Assembly (NCBI GenBank): GCA_963823595.1
Contig: CAWGME010000020.1
Coordinates: forward strand, 118,184-182,183
Reading direction: 5' to 3'
Source: an uncultured Acidobacteriota bacterium
GTDB lineage: Bacteria > Acidobacteriota > Terriglobia > Terriglobales > Acidobacteriaceae
DNA: 64,000 bases
Position 1 is the stretch's first letter. The number at the start of each line of letters is the position of its first letter. Below, one piece after another: positions 36,362 to 47,195 of the stretch. A program made the translations under genes and the position numbers. The notes beneath the pieces are model-generated. The model saw only the letters and a program-made list of their open reading frames with translations. It searched no databases and was not told the origin of the DNA.

Positions 36362-37270
36362 ATGATGAGAGCAATGTCCCTTGAAGTCCAACAGATTTTG
36401 CGCTCTGGAGCGGAGCTTACCGATGCCGCGCTGGAACGCCTTTTACCGGACGCGGAAATCATCCCGACATCGATCCATCGAGCGATGCGCCACAGCACCT
36501 TTGCCGGGGGCAAGCGGCTGCGTCCCACGCTGTGCATGGAAGCTGCCCGCATGGTATCGGGAAACCATCATCTCCCCGCGGGAGTAGAAGACCTGGGCGC
36601 GGCGATTGAAATGCTGCACACCTATTCCCTGGTCCATGACGATCTGCCCGCGCTTGACAACGACGATCTGCGCCGCGGAAAACCTACCTGCCACGTCGTA
36701 TTCGGTGAGGCAACTGCCATCCTCGCCGGAGACGCGCTGCAGACGCTTGCCTATCAGACGCTGGCCGGATTGCGATGTCAGCCGGCGCCCGCGGTTTCGA
36801 TCATCGCCGAGATCGCACGGGCAACGAGCACGGTTGAAGGGATGATCGGCGGACAGGTGATGGACCTGGAAGGCGAAGGCCAGACGCCGACCGCCGGATT
36901 GGTCGAAGCGATTCACCGCGCAAAAACCGGCGCGCTGATTACCGCGAGCCTTGTGACTGGGGGTATTTATGGCGGCGGCGATCAAAGCGCGGTCGAACAC
37001 CTGCGTATATTCGGGCAACGCGCCGGGCTTGCTTTTCAGATCATCGACGATGTTCTGGACGTGACTGAAAGCTCCGAGCAGTTGGGTAAAACCGCAGGCA
37101 AGGATACAGCCACGGTGAAAGCGACCTGGCCCGCCGTATACGGGGTCGAAAAATCCATCCAGGACGCGCGGAGCCTGATCGATTCCGCGTTTACAGAGCT
37201 GGATCGATTCGGCGCCTCTGCGGACCCCCTGAAAGCGGTCGCACGATATTTAGTGGACCGAAAGAATTAG
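36362..37270 (+). CDS. ispA: Short-chain polyprenyl diphosphate synthase (farnesyl/geranylgeranyl diphosphate synthase)
   Basis: 302 aa; GGKRLRP, LVHDDLPALDNDDLRRG, QIIDDVLD. Confidence 0.88.
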   Translation: MMRAMSLEVQQILRSGAELTDAALERLLPDAEIIPTSIHRAMRHSTFAGGKRLRPTLCMEAARMVSGNHHLPAGVEDLGAAIEMLHTYSLVHDDLPALDNDDLRRGKPTCHVVFGEATAILAGDALQTLAYQTLAGLRCQPAPAVSIIAEIARATSTVEGMIGGQVMDLEGEGQTPTAGLVEAIHRAKTGALITASLVTGGIYGGGDQSAVEHLRIFGQRAGLAFQIIDDVLDVTESSEQLGKTAGKDTATVKATWPAVYGVEKSIQDARSLIDSAFTELDRFGASADPLKAVARYLVDRKN

Positions 37271-37318
37271 CGCGGTTCTCTTCTTTGGCGCGTCCCGAAC
37301 TAACGTGGATAAAACCAA

Positions 37319-37376
37319 TTGTCATCCCGAGCGAAGTCATTGCAACGCAATGAGGAAGTCGAGGGACCTGCCTTTT
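37319..37376 (+). repeat. Dispersed intergenic repeat with internal CATTGC-aac-GCAATG hairpin
   Basis: TTGTCATCCCGAGCGAAGTCATTGCAACGCAATGAGGAAGTCGAGGGACCTGCC. Confidence 0.7.
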
Positions 37377-37416
37377 TCGTTCGTTACACCAATCCTGGTT
37401 TGCTGTAATAGCAACG

Positions 37417-37446
37417 GTCGTCATTCTGAGCGCAGCGAGGAATCCA
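37417..37446 (+). repeat. Dispersed intergenic repeat, short form
   Basis: GTCGTCATTCTGAGCGCAGCGAGGAATCCA. Confidence 0.7.
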
Positions 37447-37501
37447 GAGAAAATCGGCTTCGTCCGGATTCTTCCCTCAAGACGATAACCCCAAAGAAGA
37501 A

Positions 37502-38740
37502 TCAGCGCGTTGCAACAACTCCCGAATCTACCGTCTTCTGCTGGCCCGCGCTCATCGTTATAAAGTAATTCTGCTGTTCCAGATTGTGGTAGAAAATTCC
37601 CGCCAGCTCCGCGGCTTTCGGGCCGTAGGTGGGCCGGCCGCCTTCGAGGAAAATCACCGTGACCAGCCGCCCATACGGGGTATCGGCGTAAGAGCCGAAC
37701 CAGCCGAAGCGGGTGCCGTGGTCCGAGCAGGTACCGGTTTTCCCCAGCACAGGAAAGTCCTTGAAATTCGCCAGCACCGAGCGCCCGGTGCCGAACTTCA
37801 CCACGTCCGCCATGCCCGTGCTCATAGAAGAAAGGATGGGCGCGAGTTTCAACTGGCGCTTTATGCGCGGCTCGAAGCTGGCCACCTCCGCGGGGGTCTG
37901 CGGATGCTGCAGATAATAGAGAGTGCCGCCGTTAGCAATCGCCGACACCAGCGCTCCCAGCTGCAGTGGAGTCACGGAAATGCTTTCGCCGAAGGAACAC
38001 ATCCGTCCCACGCCGCCCATGTTGTCCGGCAGCGGCTGGTCTGGATATACTCCGAGTTGTTCTCCGGGGATGTTATAGCCTGCCAGTTCTCCCAGACCGA
38101 ACATGTTTGCGTAGTACTTCACACGATCGAATCCCAGCCGCCGGCCAACCGTTTCAAAATAAAGATTGTTTGACCGCGCCAGCGCTTCCGTCAGGGTCAT
38201 GTGGTAATGCCCGCCCAGATTCACCGGCGTGTCCTGGGTGATAATGCCTTCTTCTAGGGCAGCTAGGGCTACGGAGAGCTTGATCGTCGAGCACGGCTCG
38301 GCGCCGCTCGACAACGCCAGATGCCGGTTCACCATGGTCAGGATGCGGCCGTTGTTCGGATTGATGACGACGATCGTACCGTTCATGTCGCCCAGGGCAG
38401 CCACAGCAGCCTGGCGCACAACCGGGTCTTCACCTGCGATAACGTCTCCCACGGTCTGGTCCTGCGCGTAGGAACTGGCGCTGAAATGTTCGTAATAGCG
38501 GCGGCGGTAGCGCCTGCCGTGGCGCAAATACGTCCGACGCGTCGAACGGTACGCAGCGTGATGAAGCGAGGCCCGTCTACGTGAACGGCGGCGAACATGC
38601 AATCTCGCATGATGTTGCCGGTGACCGGTCGCGGCAGCCACGCTGCCGGTTGTATCCGCACCCAGAGGCGAGGCCCAGACGGCAGAAGGCACGGCGAATG
38701 CGAACAGCAAAATAAGCCGAAAGACAAGTGGAAGCTTCAT
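37502..38740 (-). CDS. Penicillin-binding transpeptidase-domain protein with Arg/His-rich N-terminal region
   Basis: 412 aa; signal peptide MKLPLVFRLILLFAFAVPSAVWA; SxxK (STIK), SxN (SNN), KTG (KTGT). Confidence 0.8.
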   Translation of the reverse strand: MKLPLVFRLILLFAFAVPSAVWASPLGADTTGSVAAATGHRQHHARLHVRRRSRRRASLHHAAYRSTRRTYLRHGRRYRRRYYEHFSASSYAQDQTVGDVIAGEDPVVRQAAVAALGDMNGTIVVINPNNGRILTMVNRHLALSSGAEPCSTIKLSVALAALEEGIITQDTPVNLGGHYHMTLTEALARSNNLYFETVGRRLGFDRVKYYANMFGLGELAGYNIPGEQLGVYPDQPLPDNMGGVGRMCSFGESISVTPLQLGALVSAIANGGTLYYLQHPQTPAEVASFEPRIKRQLKLAPILSSMSTGMADVVKFGTGRSVLANFKDFPVLGKTGTCSDHGTRFGWFGSYADTPYGRLVTVIFLEGGRPTYGPKAAELAGIFYHNLEQQNYFITMSAGQQKTVDSGVVATR

Positions 38741-38857
38741 GGCGGCAGCACCTATGCAATCGCAGCGATTAAGAAAAACGTAAATCGTCCGGCGGTCCGA
38801 TCCATTCGAATTGGATCCGCAGGACAGATCTCATCGAACCGGCATTCCCGGCGCGCG

Positions 38858-40294
38858 CTACGACAGCTCGTTACGGCGCAGGTATGCCGGCACGTCCAGT
38901 TGCCGGTCTTCAATTTCCGCGGTTGCTGTCGATACTTTCTCACGTCCGGTGCCATTTTGGGTACCGGAATTATGCGTTGCCCCCGAAGAAACCTGGGCCG
39001 CCGAATTCTGGGCCGTGGCGGGAGCTGCCGCCGGTTGCGCCGCTATCGGGCGATTTTCCTGCTCGGCCTTCGGTGGATTCTGGGGGCGAGCAGCCACCGG
39101 AGAAGCCGATCCGGCCTCCTCGGCCATCTCGCTCGCAAATCTGGGCTTCGCGGGTGCGGCATTCATTGTCGCCCTGCGCCGGTCGGAGGACTCGGCGATC
39201 TTCTCTGACGGAGCAACGTCGAGGGACTGATGGAGGCGCTCCCCGTTTGCCGGTGCCGGGGGCCTGAAGCCGGTCGCAATGACGGTGATCTTGATCTCAT
39301 CTCCCAAAGATTCGTCGAGCACCGCGCCGAAGATGATATTGGCGTCCTCATGCGCTGAATTCTGGATGATTGTCGAGGCCTCATTCACTTCGCTGAGCTT
39401 CAGCGAGCTGGAACCGCTGATGTTGATCAGGATTCCCCGCGCGCCATCGATGGCTCCGTCTTCGAGCAGCGGCGAAGACATCGCAGCATGGGCAGCTTCC
39501 ATCGCACGGTTCGGGCCGCCGCGCATAGCCGTGCCCATCACCGCGAACCCCATACCCGACATGGTCGTTTTTACGTCGGCAAAATCGCGATTGATGATGC
39601 CGGGGATGGTGATGATGTCGGAGATGCCCTGCACGCCCTGGCGCAGCACATCGTCGGCAATGCGGAAGGACTCGAAAAATCCCGCGTCCTTGGCCACGTG
39701 GAGCAGCCTTTCATTGGGGATTACGATCATCGTGTCGACGCTTTCCAGCAGTTCCTCTACGCCGCGATCCGCCTGCAGCAGCCGCCGCTTGCCCTCAAAT
39801 GCAAACGGCCGCGTGATGACGGCAACAGTCAGCGCGCCCATTTCGCTCGCCAGCGAGGCAATCACCGGCGCGGCACCGGTTCCCGTGCCTCCGCCGAGAC
39901 CAGCGGTCACGAACACCATGTCTGCGCCTTCCAGGGCCTCGATAATTTTTTCGGAATCTTCAATAGCGGCTCGGCGACCTACGTCGGGATTCGCACCCGC
40001 GCCCAGGCCGCTCGTCAGCTTCATTCCAAGCTGCAATTTCACCGGCGCTTTCGAGGAGCGCAAGGCCTGCGCATCGGTATTGGCGACGATGAACTCGACC
40101 CCCTCCACGTGCGCTTCAATCATGCGATTGACGGCATTGCCGCCTCCGCCGCCTACGCCGATGACTTTAATCTTCGCGCCGCGCGGCACTTCGTCCTGAT
40201 ATTGAATCCGCAGGTTGTCATCGACGGCCAACATCGGCTCATGATCGTTCTGCTGATAGCCACCCATCGTTTCGCTCATCGCCTCATTCATCAT
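38858..40294 (-). CDS. ftsZ: Cell division protein FtsZ
   Basis: [22 protein letters not shown] tubulin signature. Start set at ATG 40294, with GAGGGG 8-9 nt upstream. Long Pro/Ala/Gln-rich linker and conserved C-terminal DVPAYLRR peptide. Confidence 0.95.
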   Translation of the reverse strand: MMNEAMSETMGGYQQNDHEPMLAVDDNLRIQYQDEVPRGAKIKVIGVGGGGGNAVNRMIEAHVEGVEFIVANTDAQALRSSKAPVKLQLGMKLTSGLGAGANPDVGRRAAIEDSEKIIEALEGADMVFVTAGLGGGTGTGAAPVIASLASEMGALTVAVITRPFAFEGKRRLLQADRGVEELLESVDTMIVIPNERLLHVAKDAGFFESFRIADDVLRQGVQGISDIITIPGIINRDFADVKTTMSGMGFAVMGTAMRGGPNRAMEAAHAAMSSPLLEDGAIDGARGILINISGSSSLKLSEVNEASTIIQNSAHEDANIIFGAVLDESLGDEIKITVIATGFRPPAPANGERLHQSLDVAPSEKIAESSDRRRATMNAAPAKPRFASEMAEEAGSASPVAARPQNPPKAEQENRPIAAQPAAAPATAQNSAAQVSSGATHNSGTQNGTGREKVSTATAEIEDRQLDVPAYLRRNELS

Positions 40295-40363
40295 TCGAAA
40301 CCCCTCAAATTCGTTGCTTCCCGCCGTTGACTGGATTGTCCTTGCTCCCAAGATTACCTTCAA

Positions 40364-41587
40364 TTAAATGCTGCCCGCAAAAATCGCCCGCAACCGGGCC
40401 CCCACTCCCATATCTTCCGCTCCACGCTGCTCCCGCACGCGATGGGTATACAGCAATAATCCGATCAACGTGGCATACTCCGGGTCCACCAGCTCGTCAG
40501 GCATACGCGACAGCGGAACCGGCGTGCCGATGCGGGCCGGGGTGCGCAGCATATTCTCCACGTGTTCGGTCATCCCGGGCAGCTTGGCCCCGCCGCCGGT
40601 CAGAACACATCCCGAGCCCATCGCTTCCAGAACTCCACCCTGCCGCAGGCTGTTGCGCAGCATCTGGAACAGTTCGCGCGCCCGCGGTTCCAGAATCTCG
40701 CTCAAATGCCGCTGCGGAATCTGCCGGTACTGTCCATCCCCTGCCTCCGGGGCCAGAACGTAAACTTCATTCGACTGCGGAATCGCGGTTACAACGCTGT
40801 GGCCGTACTGCAGCTTCAGGCGCTCGGCTTCAGGCAGGGGCACGCGCAGCACCACCGCGAGATCGTTGGTGAAATGCGAGCCGCCGATCGGCAAAGAATC
40901 CGTATGCACCACCGCGCCTTCAAACAATACAGCAACTTCCGTCGATGCCGCCCCAATGTCGAGCACGCAAACCCCGAGCTCCCGCTCATCCGCAGTCAGC
41001 ACCGCTTCGGCGGCGGCAATCGCTTCAAAGATGGTGTCCGACACCTCGACTCCGGCTTTGTTCGCGCAGGTGACTACGTTCTGCATCGTGCTTGCCGGGG
41101 CCATGACGATGTGCAGATTGACCTCGAGTGTGCCGCCGATCATGCCCACCGGATCGAGAATGCCATCCTGTTCGTCCACCACAAAATCCTGCGGCAGCAG
41201 ATGCAGCACGCGATACTCCGCCGGCAGATGCACCTCGCGCGCGCGTTCGACAGCGGCCCGCACATCGTCCCGCGTGATCTCCCGCATGCGTTGGCCCAGC
41301 AGAATGCCGCCTCTGCTGGTCACGCCGCGTACGCGAGCGCCGCCGATGCCGACCGCCGTGCTCGCGACTTCGGTGTCGGTCGCATCCTCGACCGACTGAA
41401 AAGCATCGTCAAACGATTCCGTGGCCGGGGATAAATCGGAGATGATGCTGCGACGCACTCCCCGCGCGTCCGCAACGCTATGACCACGATAACGAATCGC
41501 GCCATCGGCAATTTCGCCGGAGAGAGCACGCACCCGGGAGCTGCCGGCATCGAGCACCGTGATGTTTTTCTCTTCCCGTTCCGGCAT
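40364..41587 (-). CDS. ftsA: Cell division protein FtsA
   Basis: 407 aa actin-like ATPase (LDAGSS, DIGAASTEV, LTGGGAKLPG). Confidence 0.93.
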   Translation of the reverse strand: MPEREEKNITVLDAGSSRVRALSGEIADGAIRYRGHSVADARGVRRSIISDLSPATESFDDAFQSVEDATDTEVASTAVGIGGARVRGVTSRGGILLGQRMREITRDDVRAAVERAREVHLPAEYRVLHLLPQDFVVDEQDGILDPVGMIGGTLEVNLHIVMAPASTMQNVVTCANKAGVEVSDTIFEAIAAAEAVLTADERELGVCVLDIGAASTEVAVLFEGAVVHTDSLPIGGSHFTNDLAVVLRVPLPEAERLKLQYGHSVVTAIPQSNEVYVLAPEAGDGQYRQIPQRHLSEILEPRARELFQMLRNSLRQGGVLEAMGSGCVLTGGGAKLPGMTEHVENMLRTPARIGTPVPLSRMPDELVDPEYATLIGLLLYTHRVREQRGAEDMGVGARLRAIFAGSI

Positions 41588-41620
41588 TTCACTCCCTTTC
41601 CGCTGGTCTGGACTTTACAT

Positions 41621-42860
41621 CTATATCCCGGTTACGACATGCATGATCGGACGGCGCACCCGATGTCCGCGACGAAGCCTGCGCGACGGGTGGTGGCGTG
41701 CCGTCATGTGATGTCGGGGCTTCGCAGTTCTCTTTCGCGGCGCTGATTTTGTTTTGCTCTTCGTGGCGCTTGTATTTCTTGCTGGGACTTCATCGGAAGC
41801 TTGAGCGGCGGCTTTGTTCGAACTGGCTGCCGGGGCTTCGGCGACATCGGGCGATGCAGCGGACGGCTGCACACCCGTATCGAGCACCACCTGCCTCCCG
41901 TAGCGCATGTCAACGGATCGCAGCTTGGGATATTGCTGCACCCATTCCGCAAGATGCGCCCGGTACGCGCGATAGCGCGGCAGAAAATCACTGACGCCAA
42001 AATGCACCAGCGGCGGATGCGCCCCGCCCTCGAAAACAGCGCGTACATCCTCCGGGTCCGACAGATCCACTTCGCTCAGCATAGCCGAGACATTTTCCCC
42101 GCCGGCATCGAGCGCGTGAATAAACTGGCGGTACATCTCGATGCGCGCGGCGCGTGTCGAGAGCGGTTCAGAGCGAGAGAGCTCCAGTGAGCACGGAAAA
42201 CGAATAATGCTGGGCGGCGGCATCCGGCAGATCGAGGAGAACGCCTTCATCATCCACCAGCCGGATGGCGTCGCCATCGCGGGCGAAGGCTACGGGAGTA
42301 CGCTCCGTAACGTGAACTCTCAAATGATCCGGCCACAGGCGCATAACGGTCGCGCGCCGCACCCAGGGAATATGCTGCAGCTCCGACCGGCGTTTGGCCA
42401 GCGGCACGCCAAAGATACTGCGCCCTAGATCGGGAGCAAACACCGCCAGCACCTCGCGAGATGTCACCACTCGATCGCCCGTAAGCTGAATGTTGCCGGT
42501 CGAGCGCAGGAGAAAACGGCGGTTGTGCAGCAACACGGATCTTCCTTCCCACGTCGCGGCTGCGATCAGACCCAGTGCGGCCACGGTAATCAAAGCTGCC
42601 GAAACCTGCACCCAGCGATTCGTCCAGGAAAAACCAGATTGAAATCTCGACCGGCTGCGGCGGCGCCCAGGGACCCGCTGCCCAGCCACGCGTTGACGGT
42701 CGCGCAGAAAAGGATCTCCTGCCTGCACATTGGCGGTTTCTTCCGATATCGGGTCAGAAATATCCGATCTCTCCGCGAATCGGTTCGAGCGCGGAACATC
42801 GCGGGCCTGCTCCGGATCGAGCAACCCTGCTGATTTTCCGCGTTCTGTGATTTTTTGCAC
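41621..42860 (-). pseudogene. ftsQ: Cell division protein FtsQ (POTRA), frame broken once
   Basis: ORF 42168..42860(-) holds the TM helix and POTRA domain (...LRVHVTERTPVAFARDGDAIRLVDDEGVLLDL...HYSFSVLTG). It continues in ORF 41621..42277(-) (SRSEPLSTRAARIEMYRQF...). Junction is about 42171-42190. Confidence 0.85.
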
Positions 42861-42907
42861 GGCCGTAGCTGGTCGTGAGAGTCGCCGCTTTGACTATAAC
42901 TCGGTTC

Positions 42908-44359
42908 TTACATGCTAAGTTCAAGTTTTTCGGGTTTCTCCCGCTTTTTTCGGGTTTGTTGCTGCTTTCTTCCTGAACTGCTGCCCAATGTTTCTTCCCT
43001 TTCAAGCGCCGCCAGCACCATCGCGGCGGCCTGATGAACATTTCCAGCGCCCATGGTCAGTATCAGATCGCCGGCCCGCGCGACGCGCGCAATCTCCTCG
43101 GCGGCAGCTTCAAATCCAGGAGCATAGACCACTTCCGCGCGATCGATTGCTTTCACCAGGCCCTGCGCATGGACGCCCGCAATCGGCATTTCGCTGGCAG
43201 CATAGATGTCGAGCACCCACACCGCATCCGCAAGATCAAAGCAGTTGCGGAACTCCCGCAGCAGATCGCGCGTGCGAGTGTAGCGATGCGGCTGGAAAAG
43301 AACCAGGATGCGTTCGAACCCGCATTGGCGTGCTGCTTCGAGCGTCGCGCAAATTTCCGTGGGGTGATGGCCATAGTCGTCCACGACGGTAACTCCGCGC
43401 GCTCTTCCCTTCAATTCGAAACGGCGTTCGACGCCGCGAAATTCCGCCAGCCCGGCGGCAATTTTCTCCGGCGATATGCCTAGCTGCGTGCCCACGGCAA
43501 CCGCCGCGGTCGCATTTCGCAGATTGTGCAATCCCGGAACAGAGAGCGTGAACGGTCCCAGCACATTGCCGCCGCAATGAACGTGGAATCGCGATTCTCT
43601 GCTTGCGGAAGGCGGCAGAATCTCGAGACGAAACGCGGCGTCCGCGGCCAACCCATACGTGAGCACGCGGCGGCGAACGCGGGGCAACAGCGCGGCCAGT
43701 TTTGGATCGTCGATGCAGGCCACGGTAGCGCCGTAAAACGGCACGCGATCCATGAATTCCACAAACGCCTTCTCCACGTCTTCCATATCGCGATAGCAGT
43801 CCATGTGCTCGCGATCAATATTCGTAACCACAGCCAATATCGGCGACAGCTTCAAAAATGACCGGTCGCTCTCATCGGCCTCGGCCACCAGATACTCCGA
43901 GCGGCCAAGCCGCGCGCTCGAGCCCATCGCCTCCACCCGCCCGCCGACAACCACCGTGGGATCAAGCCCGCCCGCAGCCAGCACCGCGGCGACCATCGAT
44001 GTAGTTGTGGTTTTGCCATGCATTCCGGCGATCGCCACCCCATATTTCAGCCGCATCAACTCCGCCAGCATCTCCGCCCGCTGAATCACCGGGATCGCCT
44101 GACCGTGCGCGGCGAGAACCTCGGGATTGTCCGGGCTGAGCGCGGAAGTTGTCACCACAACATCGGCGGCGGAGATGTTAGACGCGGCGTGGCCTTCAAA
44201 AATAATGGCGCCCAGGCTGGCCAGCCGCCGGGTGACCGGCGAGAGTTTCAGGTCGGAGCCCGAAACGCGATGCCCCAGATTCAGCAGAATCTCCGCGATT
44301 CCGCTCATGCCGATGCCGCCGATACCGATGAAATGGACGCATTGCGAGCGAATAAACAC
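42908..44359 (-). CDS. murC: UDP-N-acetylmuramate--L-alanine ligase
   Basis: 483 aa; HFIGIGGIGMSGIAEIL, GMHGKTTTTSM. Confidence 0.95.
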   Translation of the reverse strand: MFIRSQCVHFIGIGGIGMSGIAEILLNLGHRVSGSDLKLSPVTRRLASLGAIIFEGHAASNISAADVVVTTSALSPDNPEVLAAHGQAIPVIQRAEMLAELMRLKYGVAIAGMHGKTTTTSMVAAVLAAGGLDPTVVVGGRVEAMGSSARLGRSEYLVAEADESDRSFLKLSPILAVVTNIDREHMDCYRDMEDVEKAFVEFMDRVPFYGATVACIDDPKLAALLPRVRRRVLTYGLAADAAFRLEILPPSASRESRFHVHCGGNVLGPFTLSVPGLHNLRNATAAVAVGTQLGISPEKIAAGLAEFRGVERRFELKGRARGVTVVDDYGHHPTEICATLEAARQCGFERILVLFQPHRYTRTRDLLREFRNCFDLADAVWVLDIYAASEMPIAGVHAQGLVKAIDRAEVVYAPGFEAAAEEIARVARAGDLILTMGAGNVHQAAAMVLAALEREETLGSSSGRKQQQTRKKREKPEKLELSM

Positions 44360-44629
44360 TGGGAAGGGGCCTGAAATCTACTCTACCAGCGTGAACGCGG
44401 TGGAAAAATGCGGCCCTGCTGCATCGGCTGGGCAGTCCCACGCATCCACTTCTGAGAAACGGATTGTGGAGCTACGCTGCCACAACTATTTCTGCCAATC
44501 CGCGTTTAATTATTTGGGAGAGTCTTGAAGAAGGCGCGAAACTGGCCACACAGGAACTCTCCCGGACCTCGACTCCTCAAGCCACAGAATCCGGTGGATA
44601 CGCCGGGAGCAAGAGGTAGAAGCTGGTTT

Positions 44630-45920
44630 ATGCGTACCCTTCATTCGGTTTTCCTTGCAGGTTTGGTGAGCTCGCTCCTGGTGACGCCGGCATTCGCGCA
44701 GAACGGCAAGCCCGTCATCATCTATGGCAACGATGGCGTCACCGTCACCCAGGGGTATCCGAACAATGCACCGCAACAGGGATATGGAAATGAAGCGCCT
44801 CCGCCGCCCACCTACACTCCCCAGGCGCCGACTCCGGGTTACAACAATGAAGCGCCTCCGCCGCCCGGCGATACGAACCAGGCGCCTCCCCGGGCTATTA
44901 CAATGAATCCCCTCAGCAGGGATATGGGAATGAGGCGCCGCCGCCGCAGGACTATGCGAACCAGGCGCCTGGTTATGGGGACGACAACGGGCCGCAGCAG
45001 AGTTATTCCAATTACCCGCCGCCACAGGGACAGGCGCCCGCCGAAACCACCGATGTAGCTCCTCCCCCTTTCCCTCAGGACGCATACGACCAGCCGCCTG
45101 CTCCGGGCGATGACGATGAATGGACCCCCGGCTATTGGGATTGGCAGAACAACGATTGGGACTGGGTGCCCGGTGAATGGGTTGCCCCGCCCTACGAGGG
45201 GGCATTGTGGACTCCGGGTTACTGGGCCTGGGGCGACGGTTATTGGGGCTGGTATCCCGGCTACTGGGGGATTAACGTCGGATACTACGGTGGCATCTGC
45301 TATGGCGGCGGTTACTGGGGCCGCGGATATCACGGCGGATACTGGCACGGCGGCCACTTCTGGCACAATCGTAACGCCAACAATATCCGCAACGGTGGCG
45401 GCCACAGCTTCGAAGGCCGCCGCGGACCGGGCGACTTTAACGCGAGACAGTTGAATCGATCGGGCGGCAACGCGCGCGGCATGGCCGGGCGCTCCGGATA
45501 TGGGCGCGAGGCGGGACGCTCCGGGTATTCACGTCGCTATGCCCGGCGGCAGGTCGGCCATGGGCGGCAGAGGCTATGCCGGATCGTCGGTTCGCACCTA
45601 CAACATGAACCGAAGCAATGGCTATAACCGAGGTCCCAGCTACGGTGGAGCGCGCAGCTACGGTGGAATGCGCAGTTACGGATACGCCGGATCTCGCGGC
45701 CTCTCCGCACCACGCGGATTCAGTTCCGCACCGCGCGGGTTTAGTTCCGCACCACGGGGATTTAGTTCCGGACGCAGCTTCGGCGGCGGCGTTCAGCGGC
45801 GGCGGCGGCAGCTTCCATGGTGGTGGCGGAGGATTTGGAGGAGGCGGCGGTTTCCACGGCGGAGGAGGCGGATTCGGAGGCGGCGGTTTCCACGGTGGTG
45901 GCGGCGGCGGACGCCGCTGA
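44630..45920 (+). pseudogene. Secreted Pro/Trp/Gly-rich repeat protein (YXWGXW-repeat type), frame broken three times
   Basis: Signal peptide MRTLHSVFLAGLVSSLLVTPAFAQ. QGY-NEAPPPP repeats. Open frame with W-rich repeats (WTPGYWDWQNNDWDWVPGEW, WTPGYWAWGDGYWGWYPGYWG). Then GG-RSYG and APRGFSS x3 repeats (ORF 45500..45952). Then a GGGGFHGGGG tail (ORF 45618..45920). Junctions are about 44886-44893, 45525-45550 and 45781-45795. Confidence 0.75.
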
Positions 45921-45965
45921 GATCAAGTCGGGTGCCCCAGAACCTGCCCTGATCGCTGAAAGAAA

Positions 45966-46013
45966 TATCATCTCGACCGGAGCGCAGCGGAGTGGAGAGA
46001 CCTGCGGTTTCAG
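45966..46013 (+). repeat. Dispersed intergenic repeat, long form
   Basis: TATCATCTCGACCGGAGCGCAGCGGAGTGGAGAGACCTGCGGTTTCAG, 46 nt after the stop at 45920. Confidence 0.75.
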
Positions 46014-46097
46014 GCCACGGGTGCGAACGGCCGAGGGTGCCCCACCCTAGGCGTTCGCGTCCTTTGCGGCAAGGGTGAGAGAGATGGACTCTACTCA

Positions 46098-47190
46098 TCA
46101 ACCCGGCCCGCGATTCTCTTTCAACAGCATCGCGATCGCGCCGGCAGCATCCGGATGCGCTAGCCCACGAGCCGCCCGCCCCACATCAGCCAGCCGATGC
46201 GAGTCGCGCAGTAATCCGATCAACTCCGTTTGCAGCCGCCCCGCCGTAAGCTCCGATTCCAGCACCATCACAGCGGCTCCTGCGTTGACAAGAACCTCCG
46301 CATTCCGCCGCTGATGATCATCGGCGGCCTGGGGGAACGGAACCAGCAGCGACGGCTTGGCAGCGGCAGCTAAGCTCCGCCACCGTACTTGCGCCGCTGC
46401 GGCACAGCACCAGGCTGGCCTCAGCAAAACGCTGCGGCATGTCATCAAGAAATGCCTGCACGCTCCAGCGTTCCCGCAGCCCCGCGATTTGCCCGTACGC
46501 CTGCTCCGTCGACTCCACATGCCGCGCCCCGCACTGATGCAGAATCGTCAATCCCGGCACAGCGTCGAACAGATCCGCGGCGATTTGCGGCAGGATCCGG
46601 TTCAGCACCCGCGCTCCCTGGCTGCCGCCGAACACCAGCAGGTGCGGCGCTGCATCCGCAGATCGTGATGGCAGATTGAAAAACTCCGGCCGCACCGGAA
46701 TTCCCGTCACCTGCGCGTGGCGAAAGTAGCGGGCAGTATCGGGGAAATTCACCGCAGCCGCCTGCACCCATCGGCCCACGATGCGATTCGCCATGCCGGG
46801 AACCGCATTCGGCTCGAAGGCAACTCGCGGCGTTCCGGCCAGGATGGCGGCCATCATCGCCGGGCCAGAGGCATACCCGCCGACGCCAAAAACCACGTGC
46901 GGCTGAAATTTTCTCAGCAGGCCGAGACACGCTGCAATCCCAAGGGGAAGCCGGGCCGCAGTTTTTAACCTGGTGGCCAGGCTCACTCGATTCAGCTGGC
47001 CGACCTCAATCAAATCCAGAGGAAATCCCGCCGCAGGAACCAGCCGGGTTTCAAGGCCTCTTGCCGTCCCGACAAAACGAACCTCGGCTCCGTAGCGCTC
47101 CACCGCTTCTCGCGCTACGGCCAGCGCCGGGATCACGTGGCCGCCAGTGCCGCCGCCTGCAATCAGGATGCGCAAGCCCTTGTCGCGCAT
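46098..47190 (-). pseudogene. murG: UDP-N-acetylglucosamine--N-acetylmuramyl-(pentapeptide) pyrophosphoryl-undecaprenol GlcNAc transferase, frame broken once
   Basis: ORF 46318..47190(-) (GGGTGGHV...CRSGASTVAEL) continues in ORF 46098..46520(-) (AAAAKPSLLVPFPQAADDHQRRNAE). There is an extra base at about 46368-46373. Confidence 0.9.
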
Positions 47191-47195
47191 GCCTG

